Both the position numbers and the translations under genes were made by a program. A stretch of 64,000 bases of DNA from Burkholderiales bacterium (GTDB lineage: Bacteria > Pseudomonadota > Gammaproteobacteria > Burkholderiales > Burkholderiaceae_C), in assembly GCA_039930465.1 (NCBI GenBank), contig JBDTTU010000006.1:6317-70316 (forward strand), given 5' to 3'. This document shows, piece by piece, positions 32,205 to 43,125 of this stretch (position 1 is its first letter; each line of letters starts with the position of its first letter). The notes beneath the pieces were generated by a model. That model saw only the letters and a list, made by a program, of their open reading frames with translations, was not told where the DNA came from and made no database searches.

Positions 32205-35120
32205 ATGTTGATGCCTGCCCACAAGCCGCTGCGCGAACTTGAAGACGCGTCGGAATTCGTCGCTCGCCACATCGGCGTGAGCGCCGACGACGAACACCAC
32301 ATGCTGTCGGTGATAGGCGCGGCTTCGCGCCGCGCGCTGATCGAATCCGTGATGCCGCGCTCGATCGCCCGCGGCGCGCCCATGGCGCTGCCCGAGCCGC
32401 TGACCGAAGCCTCGGCCTTGGCCGAGTTGAAGGCCATCGCCGGCCGCAACCAGGTGCTGAAAAGTTTCATCGGCCAGGGTTACCACGGCACTTACACGCC
32501 AGGTGTCATCTTGCGCAACATTCTCGAGAACCCGGCCTGGTACACCGCCTACACGCCCTACCAGGCAGAAATCTCGCAGGGCCGCATGGAAGCGCTGGTG
32601 AACTTCCAGACCATGGTCTGCGAGCTCACGGGCATGGCGATCGCCGGCTCATCGATGCTCGACGAAGCAACCGCCGCGGCCGAAGCGATGACACTCGCGC
32701 TGCGTGTCGGCAAAGCCAAGTCGACCACGCTCTTCGTCGCCGACGACGTGCTTCCACAAACACTCGAAGTGGTGCAGACCCGCGCTCGGCCACTGGGCAT
32801 CACGGTGCTCACGGGCGCGGCCGAAGCTGCGGGCAGCGCCGATGCTTTCGCCGTGCTGCTGCAGTACCCCGGCGTCGGCGGCGTGGTGCGTGATCTGCAG
32901 CCGGCGATCGACGCGGTGCACGCGCGCGGTGGCCTGGCCATCGTCGCTGCCGATCTGTTGGCGCTGACGCTGCTGAAAGCGCCTGGCGAAATGGGCGCCG
33001 ACATCGTCGTTGGCAACACCCAGCGCTTCGGCATGCCGATGGGCAACGGCGGGCCGCACGCCGCTTTCCTCGCGACGAAAGACGAGTTCAAGCGCTCGAT
33101 GCCCGGCCGGCTCGTCGGCGTGAGCGTCGACGCCCACGGCGCACCGGCCTACCGGCTGGCCCTGCAGACGCGCGAGCAGCACATTCGGCGCGAGAAGGCC
33201 ACGTCGAACATCTGCACTGCGCAAGTGCTGCCCGCCGTGGTGGCGAGCATGTACGCCGTGTACCACGGGCCTGAAGGGCTGAAGCGCATTGCGCGCCGCG
33301 TGGCCAGCTACACGGCTGTGCTGGCGAAGGGCCTGCAACAACTCGGTTGTTCGCTGCCGAACATCGGCGGCTTCGATACTTTGCAGGTCACGACCGGCGC
33401 GAACACCGAATCGGTGTTGCAGTCAGCGCGTGCGCTCGGCTTCAACCTGCGCCGCGCCTCGGCCGCAAGTGTGGGCATCACGCTCGACGAAACGACGACG
33501 CGTGACGACATCACCGCACTGTGGAACCTCTTCGCTGCGGGCCAGCCACGGCCCGACTTCGCGCCCTTCGAAAAGGGCATCGGCTCGCTGATTCCCGAAT
33601 CGCTGGTCCGCAGCAGTGCCTTCCTCACGCACCCGGTCTTCAATCGCCACCATTCCGAAACCGCGATGCTGCGTTACATCCGCAGCCTGTCAGACAAAGA
33701 CCTGGCGCTCGACCGCACGATGATCCCGCTCGGCTCGTGCACGATGAAGCTGAACGCGACCAGCGAGATGATTCCCATCACCTGGCCCGAGTTCGCAAAC
33801 ATCCACCCGTTCGCGCCGATCGAACAGCTCGCCGGTTACGAACAGCTGCGCACCCAACTCGAAGCCTGGTTGTGCCAGGCCACCGGCTACAGCGGCGTGA
33901 GCCTGCAGCCCAATGCCGGCTCGCAGGGCGAATACGCCGGCCTGCTCGTGATCAAGGCCTTCCACGCAGCGCGTGGCGAAGCGCATCGCGGCATCTGCCT
34001 GATCCCTGAATCGGCGCACGGCACCAACCCGGCCAGCGCGCAGATGGCCGGGTTGCAGGTGGTCGTAACCAAGTGCGACGACGAAGGCAACATCGATCTG
34101 GCTGACCTGGCGGCAAAGTGCACGGCCCACAGCGCGCAGCTCGCCTGCATCATGATCACCTACCCTTCGACCTACGGCGTGTTCGACACCCACGTGAAGC
34201 AGATCTGCGCGCTCGTGCACCAGCACGGCGGCCGTGTCTACGTAGACGGCGCGAACATGAACGCGCTGGTCGGCGTGGCCGCGCCGGGCGAGTTCGGCGG
34301 CGACGTGAGCCACCTGAACCTGCACAAGACCTTCTGCATTCCGCACGGCGGTGGTGGGCCGGGTGTGGGGCCGACCTGCGTGGTCGCCGACCTCGTGCCC
34401 TACCTGCCGGCGCACCGCTCGGCCGGCATCGGCACCGAGTTGCAGGTCGGCGCGGTGTCGGCCGCGCCGCTGGGCAACGCGGCCGTGTTGCCGATCAGCT
34501 GGATGTACATGCGCATGATGGGCGCCGAAGGCCTGACGGCGGCCACGGAAACCGCGATCCTGTCGGCCAACTACATCGCGGCGCGCCTGGCCGACCACTA
34601 CGAGGTTCACTACAGCGGCAACATCGCCGGCATCAAGGGCGGTGGCGTGGCGCACGAGTGCATCCTCGACCTTCGGCCGCTGAAAGAAGCGACCGGCGGC
34701 GCGGCTGGCGTGAGCGCCGAAGACGTGGCCAAGCGGCTGATCGACTACGGCTTTCACGCGCCGACGCTGAGCTTCCCCGTCGCCGGCACGCTGATGGTCG
34801 AACCGACCGAGAGCGAATCGCGCGAAGAACTAGACCGCTTCTGCGACGCGATGATCGCCATTCGCCACGAGATTGCCAAGGTCGAGTCGGGCGCCTGGCC
34901 GAAAGACGACAACCCGTTGAAGGCCGCACCGCACACCGCCGAAGCGCTGCTGAAAGCAGACTGGCCGCACGCGTACTCTCGCGAGGAAGCGGCTTACCCG
35001 GTCGCGGCATTGCGGCGGGGCAAGTACTGGTCGCCGGTCGGTCGTGTCGACAACGTCTGGGGCGACCGCAACCTGATGTGTTCCTGCCCTCCGCTCACCG
35101 ACTACGAGACGGCGAGCTGA
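32205..35120 (+). CDS. gcvP: Glycine dehydrogenase (P protein)
   Basis: [30 protein letters not shown] motif [17 protein letters not shown]. Confidence 0.98.
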   Translation: MLMPAHKPLRELEDASEFVARHIGVSADDEHHMLSVIGAASRRALIESVMPRSIARGAPMALPEPLTEASALAELKAIAGRNQVLKSFIGQGYHGTYTPGVILRNILENPAWYTAYTPYQAEISQGRMEALVNFQTMVCELTGMAIAGSSMLDEATAAAEAMTLALRVGKAKSTTLFVADDVLPQTLEVVQTRARPLGITVLTGAAEAAGSADAFAVLLQYPGVGGVVRDLQPAIDAVHARGGLAIVAADLLALTLLKAPGEMGADIVVGNTQRFGMPMGNGGPHAAFLATKDEFKRSMPGRLVGVSVDAHGAPAYRLALQTREQHIRREKATSNICTAQVLPAVVASMYAVYHGPEGLKRIARRVASYTAVLAKGLQQLGCSLPNIGGFDTLQVTTGANTESVLQSARALGFNLRRASAASVGITLDETTTRDDITALWNLFAAGQPRPDFAPFEKGIGSLIPESLVRSSAFLTHPVFNRHHSETAMLRYIRSLSDKDLALDRTMIPLGSCTMKLNATSEMIPITWPEFANIHPFAPIEQLAGYEQLRTQLEAWLCQATGYSGVSLQPNAGSQGEYAGLLVIKAFHAARGEAHRGICLIPESAHGTNPASAQMAGLQVVVTKCDDEGNIDLADLAAKCTAHSAQLACIMITYPSTYGVFDTHVKQICALVHQHGGRVYVDGANMNALVGVAAPGEFGGDVSHLNLHKTFCIPHGGGGPGVGPTCVVADLVPYLPAHRSAGIGTELQVGAVSAAPLGNAAVLPISWMYMRMMGAEGLTAATETAILSANYIAARLADHYEVHYSGNIAGIKGGGVAHECILDLRPLKEATGGAAGVSAEDVAKRLIDYGFHAPTLSFPVAGTLMVEPTESESREELDRFCDAMIAIRHEIAKVESGAWPKDDNPLKAAPHTAEALLKADWPHAYSREEAAYPVAALRRGKYWSPVGRVDNVWGDRNLMCSCPPLTDYETAS

Positions 35121-35123
35121 CCC

Positions 35124-36515
35124 ATGGCCGTCTCGGTCTTCGACCTGTTCAAGATCGGCATCGGCCCCAGCAGTTCGCACACGGTCGGGCCGATGCGCGC
35201 GGCGCGGCTGTTCGCGCTGCGGCTGCAGCATGAAGGCCAGCTCAAAGCAACGGTGCGCGTGTGCTCGCACCTCTACGGCTCGCTCGGCGCCACCGGCAAG
35301 GGCCACGGCAGCGACAAAGCCGTGCTGCTCGGCCTGGCCGGCGCCGAGCCCGACACGGTCGACGTGGAAGGCATCGCGTCGCAGCTCAGGCAGATGCGCG
35401 AGGCAAAGTGCATCGCGCTTCTCGGCGCCCATGAGATCAACTTCACCGAGAAGACTGACCTCATCTTCTACCGTCGCGAAACGCTGCCCTTCCACGCCAA
35501 CGGCATGCGCTTCACGGCGTTTGACGCCGCAGGCGCCGAGCTGCTGGCACGCACCTACTACTCGGTGGGCGGCGGTTTCGTCGTCAGCGACGAGGTCGCC
35601 CACGACGGCAGTCTGCAGAAAGTGATCGCGCCCGACACCACCGTGCTCGCGCACCCGTTCCACAGCGGCGCCGAGTTGCTGGCGCTTGCACAGCAACAAG
35701 GCTGCAGCATCGCCGAGCTGATGCGCCGCAACGAACGCCACTGGCGCAGCGACGCCGAGATCGACGCCAACCTGCTGAAGATCTGGGCCGTGATGCAGGC
35801 CTGCGTGGTGCGCGGCTGCAAGACCGACGGTGTGCTGCCGGGCGGCTTCAAGGTGCGGCGCCGGGCTGCCGACCTGCACCGCCAGCTCTGCGCCAACCCT
35901 GAAGCGGCCCTGCGCGACCCGCTGCAGGTGCTCGACTGGGTCAACCTCTACGCACTGGCCGTCAACGAGGAAAACGCCGCCGGCGGCCGGGTCGTCACCG
36001 CGCCGACCAACGGCGCCGCCGGCATCGTGCCGGCGGTGTTGCACTACTACACCCGCTTCGTGCCCTCGGCCAGCGATGCGGGGGTGATCGACTTTCTTCT
36101 GACCGCCGCCGCCATCGGCCTGCTCTACAAGGAAAACGCCTCGATCAGCGGCGCCGAAGTGGGCTGCCAGGGTGAAGTGGGCGTGGCCTGCTCGATGGCA
36201 GCCGGCGCCTTGTGCGCCGTGCTCGGCGGCTCGCCGGCGCAGGTGGAAAACGCCGCCGAGATCGGCATGGAACACCACCTCGGCCTCACCTGCGACCCGG
36301 TCGGCGGGCTGGTGCAGATACCCTGCATCGAACGCAACGCGATCGCTTCGGTCAAGGCCATCAACGCGGCGCGCATGGCCCTGCGCGGTGACGGCACGCA
36401 TCACGTGAGCCTCGACAAAGTCATCAAGACCATGCGTGAAACCGGCGCCGACATGATGAGCAAATACAAGGAAACGGCCCGCGGCGGGCTGGCGGTCAAC
36501 ATCGTCGAATGCTGA
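35124..36515 (+). CDS. sdaA: L-serine ammonia-lyase (Fe-S dependent)
   Basis: [49 protein letters not shown]. Confidence 0.96.
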   Translation: MAVSVFDLFKIGIGPSSSHTVGPMRAARLFALRLQHEGQLKATVRVCSHLYGSLGATGKGHGSDKAVLLGLAGAEPDTVDVEGIASQLRQMREAKCIALLGAHEINFTEKTDLIFYRRETLPFHANGMRFTAFDAAGAELLARTYYSVGGGFVVSDEVAHDGSLQKVIAPDTTVLAHPFHSGAELLALAQQQGCSIAELMRRNERHWRSDAEIDANLLKIWAVMQACVVRGCKTDGVLPGGFKVRRRAADLHRQLCANPEAALRDPLQVLDWVNLYALAVNEENAAGGRVVTAPTNGAAGIVPAVLHYYTRFVPSASDAGVIDFLLTAAAIGLLYKENASISGAEVGCQGEVGVACSMAAGALCAVLGGSPAQVENAAEIGMEHHLGLTCDPVGGLVQIPCIERNAIASVKAINAARMALRGDGTHHVSLDKVIKTMRETGADMMSKYKETARGGLAVNIVEC

Positions 36516-36576
36516 TGCACGGGTGGGCCCTGGCAGCGGCCGTGCAACTCCATTGCGACAACACTTACATCGGTAC

Positions 36577-36606
36577 TTGACCGAAGCCGGGCTCCGTTCG
36601 GACAAT
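36577..36606 (+). promoter_or_regulatory. Putative sigma70 promoter for the degenerate GGDEF gene
   Basis: TTGACC, 18-bp spacer, GACAAT. Confidence 0.45.
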
Positions 36607-36645
36607 GCCGCACCTTCCCCGCCCCACTCCGGCCGCCAGCAGCCC

Positions 36646-37248
36646 ATGTCCCGCCAGCCCCGTGATCACACAGCCATCTTCGGCCCCTCCGGCCGACGCA
36701 TGCTGTATGAACAAACGCAGCACGCTTCGGAGTTCGCCCACACGAACACCCCGCAGGGGCAGGTGGCGATGGTGCTGCTCGAAGTGGGGCTGGCGCCCGG
36801 CAGTTCGCACCTGAGCGAGCGCATTCTCGAGCCGGTCACCTCGAAGCTGGCGATGGTGCTAAATGCCCGGCTGCGCTCGATCGACGTGCTGGTGCGCACC
36901 GCCGACACCGAGCTGGCGGTCTTGCTGGCCCAGGCGCACCTGGGCGTGGCGGCGGCCTTCTCGGAACGTCTGAAGCAGCCGATCGACCAGGCGCTGAGCG
37001 AGATGCACGTGGCCTCCGACATCGTCGTCAGCATCGGCCTCGCCGCCAACCCGCCGGCCAGCTCGTGGGGGCCGGGTGCGTTGATCGAGCTGGCCGACTT
37101 CAGAATGCGTTCGGCGCGCCAGCGCGCCGCGGCGCACTCACCACGCGAATGGGCTGTCGAGGTCGACGGCGACTCGATTCCGCAGGCCTGGGCCGACTCC
37201 GAAGTCTGGCCCGCCACGACCGTGATCACCAGCAACATGGGGCTCTGA
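36646..37248 (+). CDS. Stand-alone degenerate GGDEF-like domain protein
   Basis: RLRSIDVLVRTADTELAVLL aligns with the canonical LRxxDxxARxGGDEFxVLL; also VSIGLA and LIELADFRM (cf. LLxxADxAM). Start ATG 36646 is inferred. Confidence 0.65.
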   Translation: MSRQPRDHTAIFGPSGRRMLYEQTQHASEFAHTNTPQGQVAMVLLEVGLAPGSSHLSERILEPVTSKLAMVLNARLRSIDVLVRTADTELAVLLAQAHLGVAAAFSERLKQPIDQALSEMHVASDIVVSIGLAANPPASSWGPGALIELADFRMRSARQRAAAHSPREWAVEVDGDSIPQAWADSEVWPATTVITSNMGL

Positions 37249-37332
37249 CACTTGGCGACGTGATCGCCCGGGCCTTGGAACGCCTTATGCATGTTGCACC
37301 TGCACATTGACTTGCCGCAGGAGGGCAGCCCC

Positions 37333-37755
37333 ATGTTGGACAAAACCAGCACCAAGTTTTCGCACGTCAAACCCGCCGACACACCCTGGCGCAGCGAAGG
37401 CCTGCGCGACTTCTTTCTCTACAAAGACCTGGGTGTCGCCGACGCGACCTCGGGCCGCGTGATCGCCCACCTGGTGAAAGCCAACATGGCACCAGAGAAG
37501 GGCACCGGCTGGCACCGCCATGAAGCGGAATTCCAGATAGTGTTCATGACCAAGGGCTGGGCCAAGTTCATGTACGGCGACGAAGAAACGCTGGTCGAGG
37601 CCGGTGACTGCGTGCACCAGCGGCCGGGCATCGTGCACTACCTGTTCGACTACTCGCCCGACATGGAGTACCTGGAAATCGTCGGCCCGGCCGACTTCAA
37701 GTCGATCGACGTGCCAGCGCCTTGTGAGGTGCCAGCACCCAAGCCCTGGGCTTAG
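37333..37755 (+). CDS. Cupin domain protein
   Basis: GWHRHEAEFQ...GDCVHQRPGIVH cupin motifs. Start ATG 37333 with AGGAGG upstream. Confidence 0.85.
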   Translation: MLDKTSTKFSHVKPADTPWRSEGLRDFFLYKDLGVADATSGRVIAHLVKANMAPEKGTGWHRHEAEFQIVFMTKGWAKFMYGDEETLVEAGDCVHQRPGIVHYLFDYSPDMEYLEIVGPADFKSIDVPAPCEVPAPKPWA

Positions 37756-37786
37756 ATTCAGCACCCGCCCTGCGAGCGCGCAGGGC

Positions 37787-38536
37787 CTAAAAGTCCATGT
37801 CGAGTTCTTCGATGTCGTCGGGCTCCAGCCTGGCTGCGGCGATCCATTCTTTCATCTCCGGCATCGCCATGATGGTCTGGCAATACTGGATGCAAGGCTT
37901 GTTGAGTTTCACGTCGTAGGTGAGGAAGCGGGTGGCTACCGGCGCGTACATCGCGTCGGCCATGCCACGCTGCTTTCCGAAAAGAAACGGCCCGCCGTAG
38001 GCGGCCAGGCACTCGGTCCAGATCTCGACGATGCGGTCGATGTCGGGCTGGGCTCCGGCCCAGACCTTGTGGCCTGGGAACTTGCCCTTCAGGTTCATCG
38101 GCAACGAAGCGCGCAGGTTCGCGAAACCCGAGTTCATTTCGCCGCTGACCGAGCGGCAGTGCGCACGTGCGATCCGCTCGTCGGGCATCAGGCCGGCGTT
38201 GGGCCTGATCTCGTTCAGGTATTGCGCAATGGCCAGCGTGTTCCAGACTTTGGCACCGTCGTGCGTCAACGCCGGAACGCGGATCGACGGCGCAAGCAGC
38301 AGCAACTCCTTGCGGGCGTCGGCATCGTCGGGCGAGACCATGAGCTCGGTGAACTCAAGCCCGGCAAATTTCGCCATCAACCAGCCGCGCAAGGACCACG
38401 ACGAATAGTTCTTGCTGCTCAGGGTGAGCGTGGCCGAGGCCTTGGTCGACCTGGCTTTCGCGGCCGGCTTCGGCGATGGCTTTGCAGCGCTCTTCGCAAC
38501 AGTGGTCTTGCTCTTGGCAGGTGTGGCAACAGGCAT
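37787..38536 (-). CDS. Glutathione S-transferase family protein with Lys/Ala/Pro-rich N-terminal extension
   Basis: SKNYSSWSLRGW, RVPAL, LAIAQYL, GPFLFG, ADAMYAPV. Start ATG 38536 with GGAGAG upstream. Confidence 0.88.
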   Translation of the reverse strand: MPVATPAKSKTTVAKSAAKPSPKPAAKARSTKASATLTLSSKNYSSWSLRGWLMAKFAGLEFTELMVSPDDADARKELLLLAPSIRVPALTHDGAKVWNTLAIAQYLNEIRPNAGLMPDERIARAHCRSVSGEMNSGFANLRASLPMNLKGKFPGHKVWAGAQPDIDRIVEIWTECLAAYGGPFLFGKQRGMADAMYAPVATRFLTYDVKLNKPCIQYCQTIMAMPEMKEWIAAARLEPDDIEELDMDF

Positions 38537-38643
38537 GGCGGCTCTCCGGCGCGGGTTTGGCGAATTCGGGTTGCAAGGGATGTGCCACGCGCGCTGGCGC
38601 GGTAGTTGCAGAGCTACCGGCACGAATCAGAACCGGAGAAAGC

Positions 38644-39861
38644 ATGATGTATCAGGCCTACCAGGCACAGTCCGATCTGATGTGGCCTTTGCGCACCTTG
38701 GCCAAGATGTCGGTTCCGATGCTGCAGGACCCCAGCTTCGGGCTGCCGGGGCAGTCGACCTCCCGCCAGGTGGCCGCCGCTTGCAAGGTGCTCGAACTTG
38801 CCGAAGTGACCCACAAGCGCCCGGCGTGGGCCATCGACAGCGTGATCGACAAGGGCCAGACCGTGCCCGTCAGCGAAGAAGTGGTCTTCACCACCCCGTT
38901 CGCCACCCTGCTGCGCTTTCGCAAGGAAGGCGCGCCGGCTCAGCCCAAGGTGCTGGTCGTGGCGCCCATGTCGGGCCACTTCGCGACGCTGCTGCGCGAC
39001 ACCGTGCGCACCGTGCTGCAAGACCACGACGTCTACGTGACCGACTGGCACAACGTGCGCGACGTGCCGCTCGCGGCCGGCCGCTTCGGGCTGGACGAGT
39101 ACACCGAGCACATCATCGATTTCCTCGCCGCAATGGGCCCGAACTCGAACGTGATCGCCGTTTGCCAGCCATGCGTCGCCGCGCTGGCCGCGGTGGCCTT
39201 GATGTCCGAAGACCAGCACCCGGCCACGCCCGCCAGCCTGACGCTGATGGCCGGCCCGATCGACTGCCGCATCAGCCCCACGGCCGTCAACAAGCTGGCG
39301 ATGACCAAGCCGATCGAGTGGTTCGAGAAAAACCTGATCAGCACAGTGCCCTGGCGCCACGGCGGCGGTGGGCGGCGTGTGTACCCGGGCTTCGTGCAGC
39401 TTTCGGCCTTCATGAGCATGAACAAGGACCGGCATGTCAATGCCTTCAAGGAGTACTACCAGCACCTCGTCGACGACGAGTTCGACAAGGCCGAGATCAC
39501 ACGCACCTTCTACGAGGAATACATGGCGGTGGCCGACCTCTCGGCCGACTTCTACATCGAGACCGTCGACCTCGTGTTCCAGAAGTACGCGCTGCCCAAG
39601 GGCGAGCTGACGTTCCGCGGCCGCAACGTGAACCCGGCGGCGATCCGCCGAACCGCGCTGGTCACGATCGAAGGCGAACGGGATGACATCTGCGCCATCG
39701 GCCAGACGCTCGCGGCGCAAGATCTGGCGAGCAGCCTGCGACCCTACATGCGCACGCACTACGTGCAGCCGAACGTGGGCCACTACGGCGTGTTCAGCGG
39801 CAAGCGCTGGCAGAACCACATCTACCCGGTGGTCAGGGATGTGATCCACATCTCCCAGTAG
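38644..39861 (+). CDS. phaZ: Intracellular polyhydroxyalkanoate depolymerase
   Basis: VAPMSGHFATLLRDTV, cysteine-type nucleophile AVCQP, EGERDDI, VGHYGVFSG. Confidence 0.93.
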   Translation: MMYQAYQAQSDLMWPLRTLAKMSVPMLQDPSFGLPGQSTSRQVAAACKVLELAEVTHKRPAWAIDSVIDKGQTVPVSEEVVFTTPFATLLRFRKEGAPAQPKVLVVAPMSGHFATLLRDTVRTVLQDHDVYVTDWHNVRDVPLAAGRFGLDEYTEHIIDFLAAMGPNSNVIAVCQPCVAALAAVALMSEDQHPATPASLTLMAGPIDCRISPTAVNKLAMTKPIEWFEKNLISTVPWRHGGGGRRVYPGFVQLSAFMSMNKDRHVNAFKEYYQHLVDDEFDKAEITRTFYEEYMAVADLSADFYIETVDLVFQKYALPKGELTFRGRNVNPAAIRRTALVTIEGERDDICAIGQTLAAQDLASSLRPYMRTHYVQPNVGHYGVFSGKRWQNHIYPVVRDVIHISQ

Positions 39862-39896
39862 ATGGCGGGCCGGCGCTGGCCCGAACCATCGCCGAA

Positions 39897-42800
39897 CTAC
39901 TCTTTTGCCGCCGGCATCTGCTCCGGAATCGCCCCGCCTGCCGACGCGGCCTCGTGCGACGTGCCGAAACGCCGCTTCGACCACGCCGCCAGCCCGTCGA
40001 GGTAGCTGTAGAGCACCGGCACGACGATCAGCGTGAGCAGCGTCGAGGTGATCACGCCGCCGATGATGGCGCGGCCCATCGACGCCTGGATCTCGCCGCC
40101 CTCATCGAGCGCGAGCGCCAGCGGCAGCATGCCGAAGACCATCGCCGCGGTCGTCATCATGATCGGGCGCATGCGCACCAGGCCGGCCTGCAGCAGCGCT
40201 TCGGCGGTATTCATGCCGGTCTTGCGCGCCTGGTTGGCGAAGTCGACCAGCAGGATCGCGTTTTTCGTCACCAGCCCCATCAGCATCACCAGGCCGATCA
40301 TCGAGAACAGGTTCAACGTGGAGCGTGTGATCAGCAGCGCGAGCATCACGCCGATCAGCGCCAGTGGCAGCGAAGCCATGATCGCAAAAGGCTGCAGGAA
40401 GCTGCCGAACTGCGACGCGAGCACGATGTAGATGAACACCACCGCGGCCACCAGCGCCAGCAGAATGCCCTGGAACGCCTCGGCCTGCTCGCGCGACTGG
40501 CCGCCCTGGTCGAAGCGGTAGCCCGGCGGCAGCTGCGTCGCCTCGACCACCTTCTTCACCTCGACGCCCACGTCGCCACTCGGCCGGCCGGTCACGCCGG
40601 CGTAGACGGCCTGGCGGCGCTGCAGGTCCTGGCGCTTGATGACCTCGGGGTTGACCACGCTCACCACGTCGGCCACGCGCGACAGCGCGATCGGCGTGCC
40701 GTCTTTGGCGTAGGCCACCGGCAGGCTGTCGAGCTGGGCCACGTTCTCGCGCAGCAGTTGGGGCAGGCGCAGTTCCACTTCCACCTGCTCGCCGTCGGGC
40801 GCGGTCCAGTAGGTCGCCACGTCGCCGTTGACGAAGCTGCGCAGGCTGGTGGCGAGCTGGGTCGGCGTGATGCCGAGCTCGCGCACCGCATCGGGCCGCA
40901 GGCGCACGGCGTAGGCCGGCAGGCCGGGCTTCACCGAAGTTTCCAGGTCGGTGATGCCCTTGATCTTGCCGATCTTCTCGGCCAGGCGCAGCACTTCGGC
41001 GTCGAGCACCTTCGGGTCGGGGCCGAGCAGCGAGACGAAGATCGGCCGGTTGCCAATCGACACGTCGGCACCGGGGATCGGTGCGATGGCCTTGCGGATC
41101 GCTTCTTCCACTTCTTTCTGCGAGCGCTTGCGTTCGCTCGGCTTGGTCAGCTGCAAGGTGAGCTTGCCGACGTTGCGGCTGCCGTCCACGTCGCCCACCT
41201 GCGTTGACATCAGGCGCACCTCGGGCATCACGCGCACCAGGTCTTCGACCTGCTTCATCTTCTCGTTGCCACGCGTCAGGCTCGTGCCCACCGGCATGCG
41301 CACGTTGAGCGAGATGTAGCTGTTGTCGGCATCGGGAATGAATTCGCTGCCGACCAGCGGTGCGAGCGCGAGCGCGCCCACAAAACTGGCCAGGCCTGCG
41401 CACAGCACGATCGCGCGCGGCGTGATCGTCGCGAAGCGCATGCGCCGCGGCTGACTCTTGTCGCGCTGGCCTTGTGAATCGAACGGGCGCCCGAAGGCCG
41501 GGATCGGCGGCACCCAGATGCGGTGGCGACTGCCGGCAAAGACCCAGTGGATCAGGCGTTCGTATACGGCATGCATGACGTCGAGCAGGCGGTCGGTGGC
41601 GCGCATCAGGTGGCCCAGGCCCCAGACGCGCCCGAGCCGGTTGACCGGCGGGTCTTTCCAGATGCTCGACAGCATCGGGTCGAGCGTGAAGCTGACGAAC
41701 AGGCTCACCAGCACCGCCACCGCGACCGTGATGCCGAAGGGAAAGAAGAACTTGCCGATGATCCCTTTCATGAACGCGACCGGCACGAACACGGCGCAGA
41801 TCGCGAACGTGGTCGCCATGACCGCAAGACCAATCTCGTTGGTGCCTTCGCTGGCTGCGCGGTGATGATCCTTTCCCATGTGGATGTGGCGCACGATGTT
41901 CTCGCGCACCACGATCGCGTCGTCGATCAAGAGGCCGATGCACAGGCTCAGCGCCATCATCGTCATGAAATTCAGCGTGAAGCCGAAGGCATACACCGCG
42001 ATGAAAGCCGAGATCACCGAGATCGGCAGCGTGAGGCCGGTGATGATCGTGCTGCGCCAGCTGTGCAGGAACAGGAACACGATCGCGATCGTGAGCAACG
42101 CGCCTTCGATCAGCGTGCGCTTGACGCCACTGAGCGAATCACGCACCCAGTCGCTGTCGGCGTAGACCAGCCGCAGTTCGACACCCGGCGGCAGGCTCTT
42201 GCGCAACTCTTCGGTGGCGAGCTTGATGCCTTCGCCGGTCTCGACGATGTTGGCGTCCTGCTGCTTGAACACTTCGAACGATACCGAAGGCACGCCGTCG
42301 ACCCGCGCGATCGACACCGGCTCCTGCTCACGCTCGACCAGCTCGCCCAGGTCGCCCAGCCGCACGATCAGGTTGCCACGGTTGGCCACCACCACGTCGG
42401 CGAACGCCTTCGGATCGCGCACCCGGCCTTCGACACGCACCAGCGCGTCTTCCTTGCCGCTGCTGAGCAAGCCGACCGGCACGTCGGCGTTGGCACGCTG
42501 CAAAGCGGCCGACACGTCGGCCGGCGTGAGCTGATACGCACGCAGGCGCTGCGGGTCGAGGTTGATGCGCAGTTGGCGCACTGTGAGGCCGCTCACGTCG
42601 ACCTTGGCGACTCCGCCGACGCGCTCGAGCCGCTTGCGCACGACCTGGTCGGCCAGCAACGACAGCTCACGCGCGCTGCGCTCGGGCGCCACCAGTGCGA
42701 GGTAAACGGTGGGCTGGGCGTTGTCGCCGTCGAAGCGCGAGATGTAGGGAGCCTTGGCGTCACGCGGGAAGCTCGGCTGCAGCGCCGACACCTTGTCGCG

Positions 42801-43124
42801 CACGTCTTGCACGGCGCGGCTCATGTCGGCGCTGAGCTGGAACTCGACCACGGTCTGGCTGCTGCCTTCCAGACTGTTCGAGCGGATCATCTTCACGCCG
42901 GCGATGCCGTTCAGCGCGAGTTCGATCGGGCGCGTGAGTTCGGTCTCGGCCGCTTCCGGCGAAGCGCCCGGGTAGGCCACGCTCACGAAGACGACCGGCG
43001 GCGAGATATCGGGCAGGCGCTCGACGCGCAACTGGCTGTACGAGAACAGGCCGAGCACACACAGCGCCGCCATCACCATCGTGGCGAAGACCGGGTTGTT
43101 GATCGAAACGCGGGTGAACCACAT
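39897..43124 (-). CDS. RND efflux transporter permease subunit (AcrB/MdtB-like)
   Basis: Proton-relay motifs [36 protein letters not shown]. Start ATG 43124. Confidence 0.93.
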   Translation of the reverse strand: MWFTRVSINNPVFATMVMAALCVLGLFSYSQLRVERLPDISPPVVFVSVAYPGASPEAAETELTRPIELALNGIAGVKMIRSNSLEGSSQTVVEFQLSADMSRAVQDVRDKVSALQPSFPRDAKAPYISRFDGDNAQPTVYLALVAPERSARELSLLADQVVRKRLERVGGVAKVDVSGLTVRQLRINLDPQRLRAYQLTPADVSAALQRANADVPVGLLSSGKEDALVRVEGRVRDPKAFADVVVANRGNLIVRLGDLGELVEREQEPVSIARVDGVPSVSFEVFKQQDANIVETGEGIKLATEELRKSLPPGVELRLVYADSDWVRDSLSGVKRTLIEGALLTIAIVFLFLHSWRSTIITGLTLPISVISAFIAVYAFGFTLNFMTMMALSLCIGLLIDDAIVVRENIVRHIHMGKDHHRAASEGTNEIGLAVMATTFAICAVFVPVAFMKGIIGKFFFPFGITVAVAVLVSLFVSFTLDPMLSSIWKDPPVNRLGRVWGLGHLMRATDRLLDVMHAVYERLIHWVFAGSRHRIWVPPIPAFGRPFDSQGQRDKSQPRRMRFATITPRAIVLCAGLASFVGALALAPLVGSEFIPDADNSYISLNVRMPVGTSLTRGNEKMKQVEDLVRVMPEVRLMSTQVGDVDGSRNVGKLTLQLTKPSERKRSQKEVEEAIRKAIAPIPGADVSIGNRPIFVSLLGPDPKVLDAEVLRLAEKIGKIKGITDLETSVKPGLPAYAVRLRPDAVRELGITPTQLATSLRSFVNGDVATYWTAPDGEQVEVELRLPQLLRENVAQLDSLPVAYAKDGTPIALSRVADVVSVVNPEVIKRQDLQRRQAVYAGVTGRPSGDVGVEVKKVVEATQLPPGYRFDQGGQSREQAEAFQGILLALVAAVVFIYIVLASQFGSFLQPFAIMASLPLALIGVMLALLITRSTLNLFSMIGLVMLMGLVTKNAILLVDFANQARKTGMNTAEALLQAGLVRMRPIMMTTAAMVFGMLPLALALDEGGEIQASMGRAIIGGVITSTLLTLIVVPVLYSYLDGLAAWSKRRFGTSHEAASAGGAIPEQMPAAKE

Positions 43125-43125
43125 G

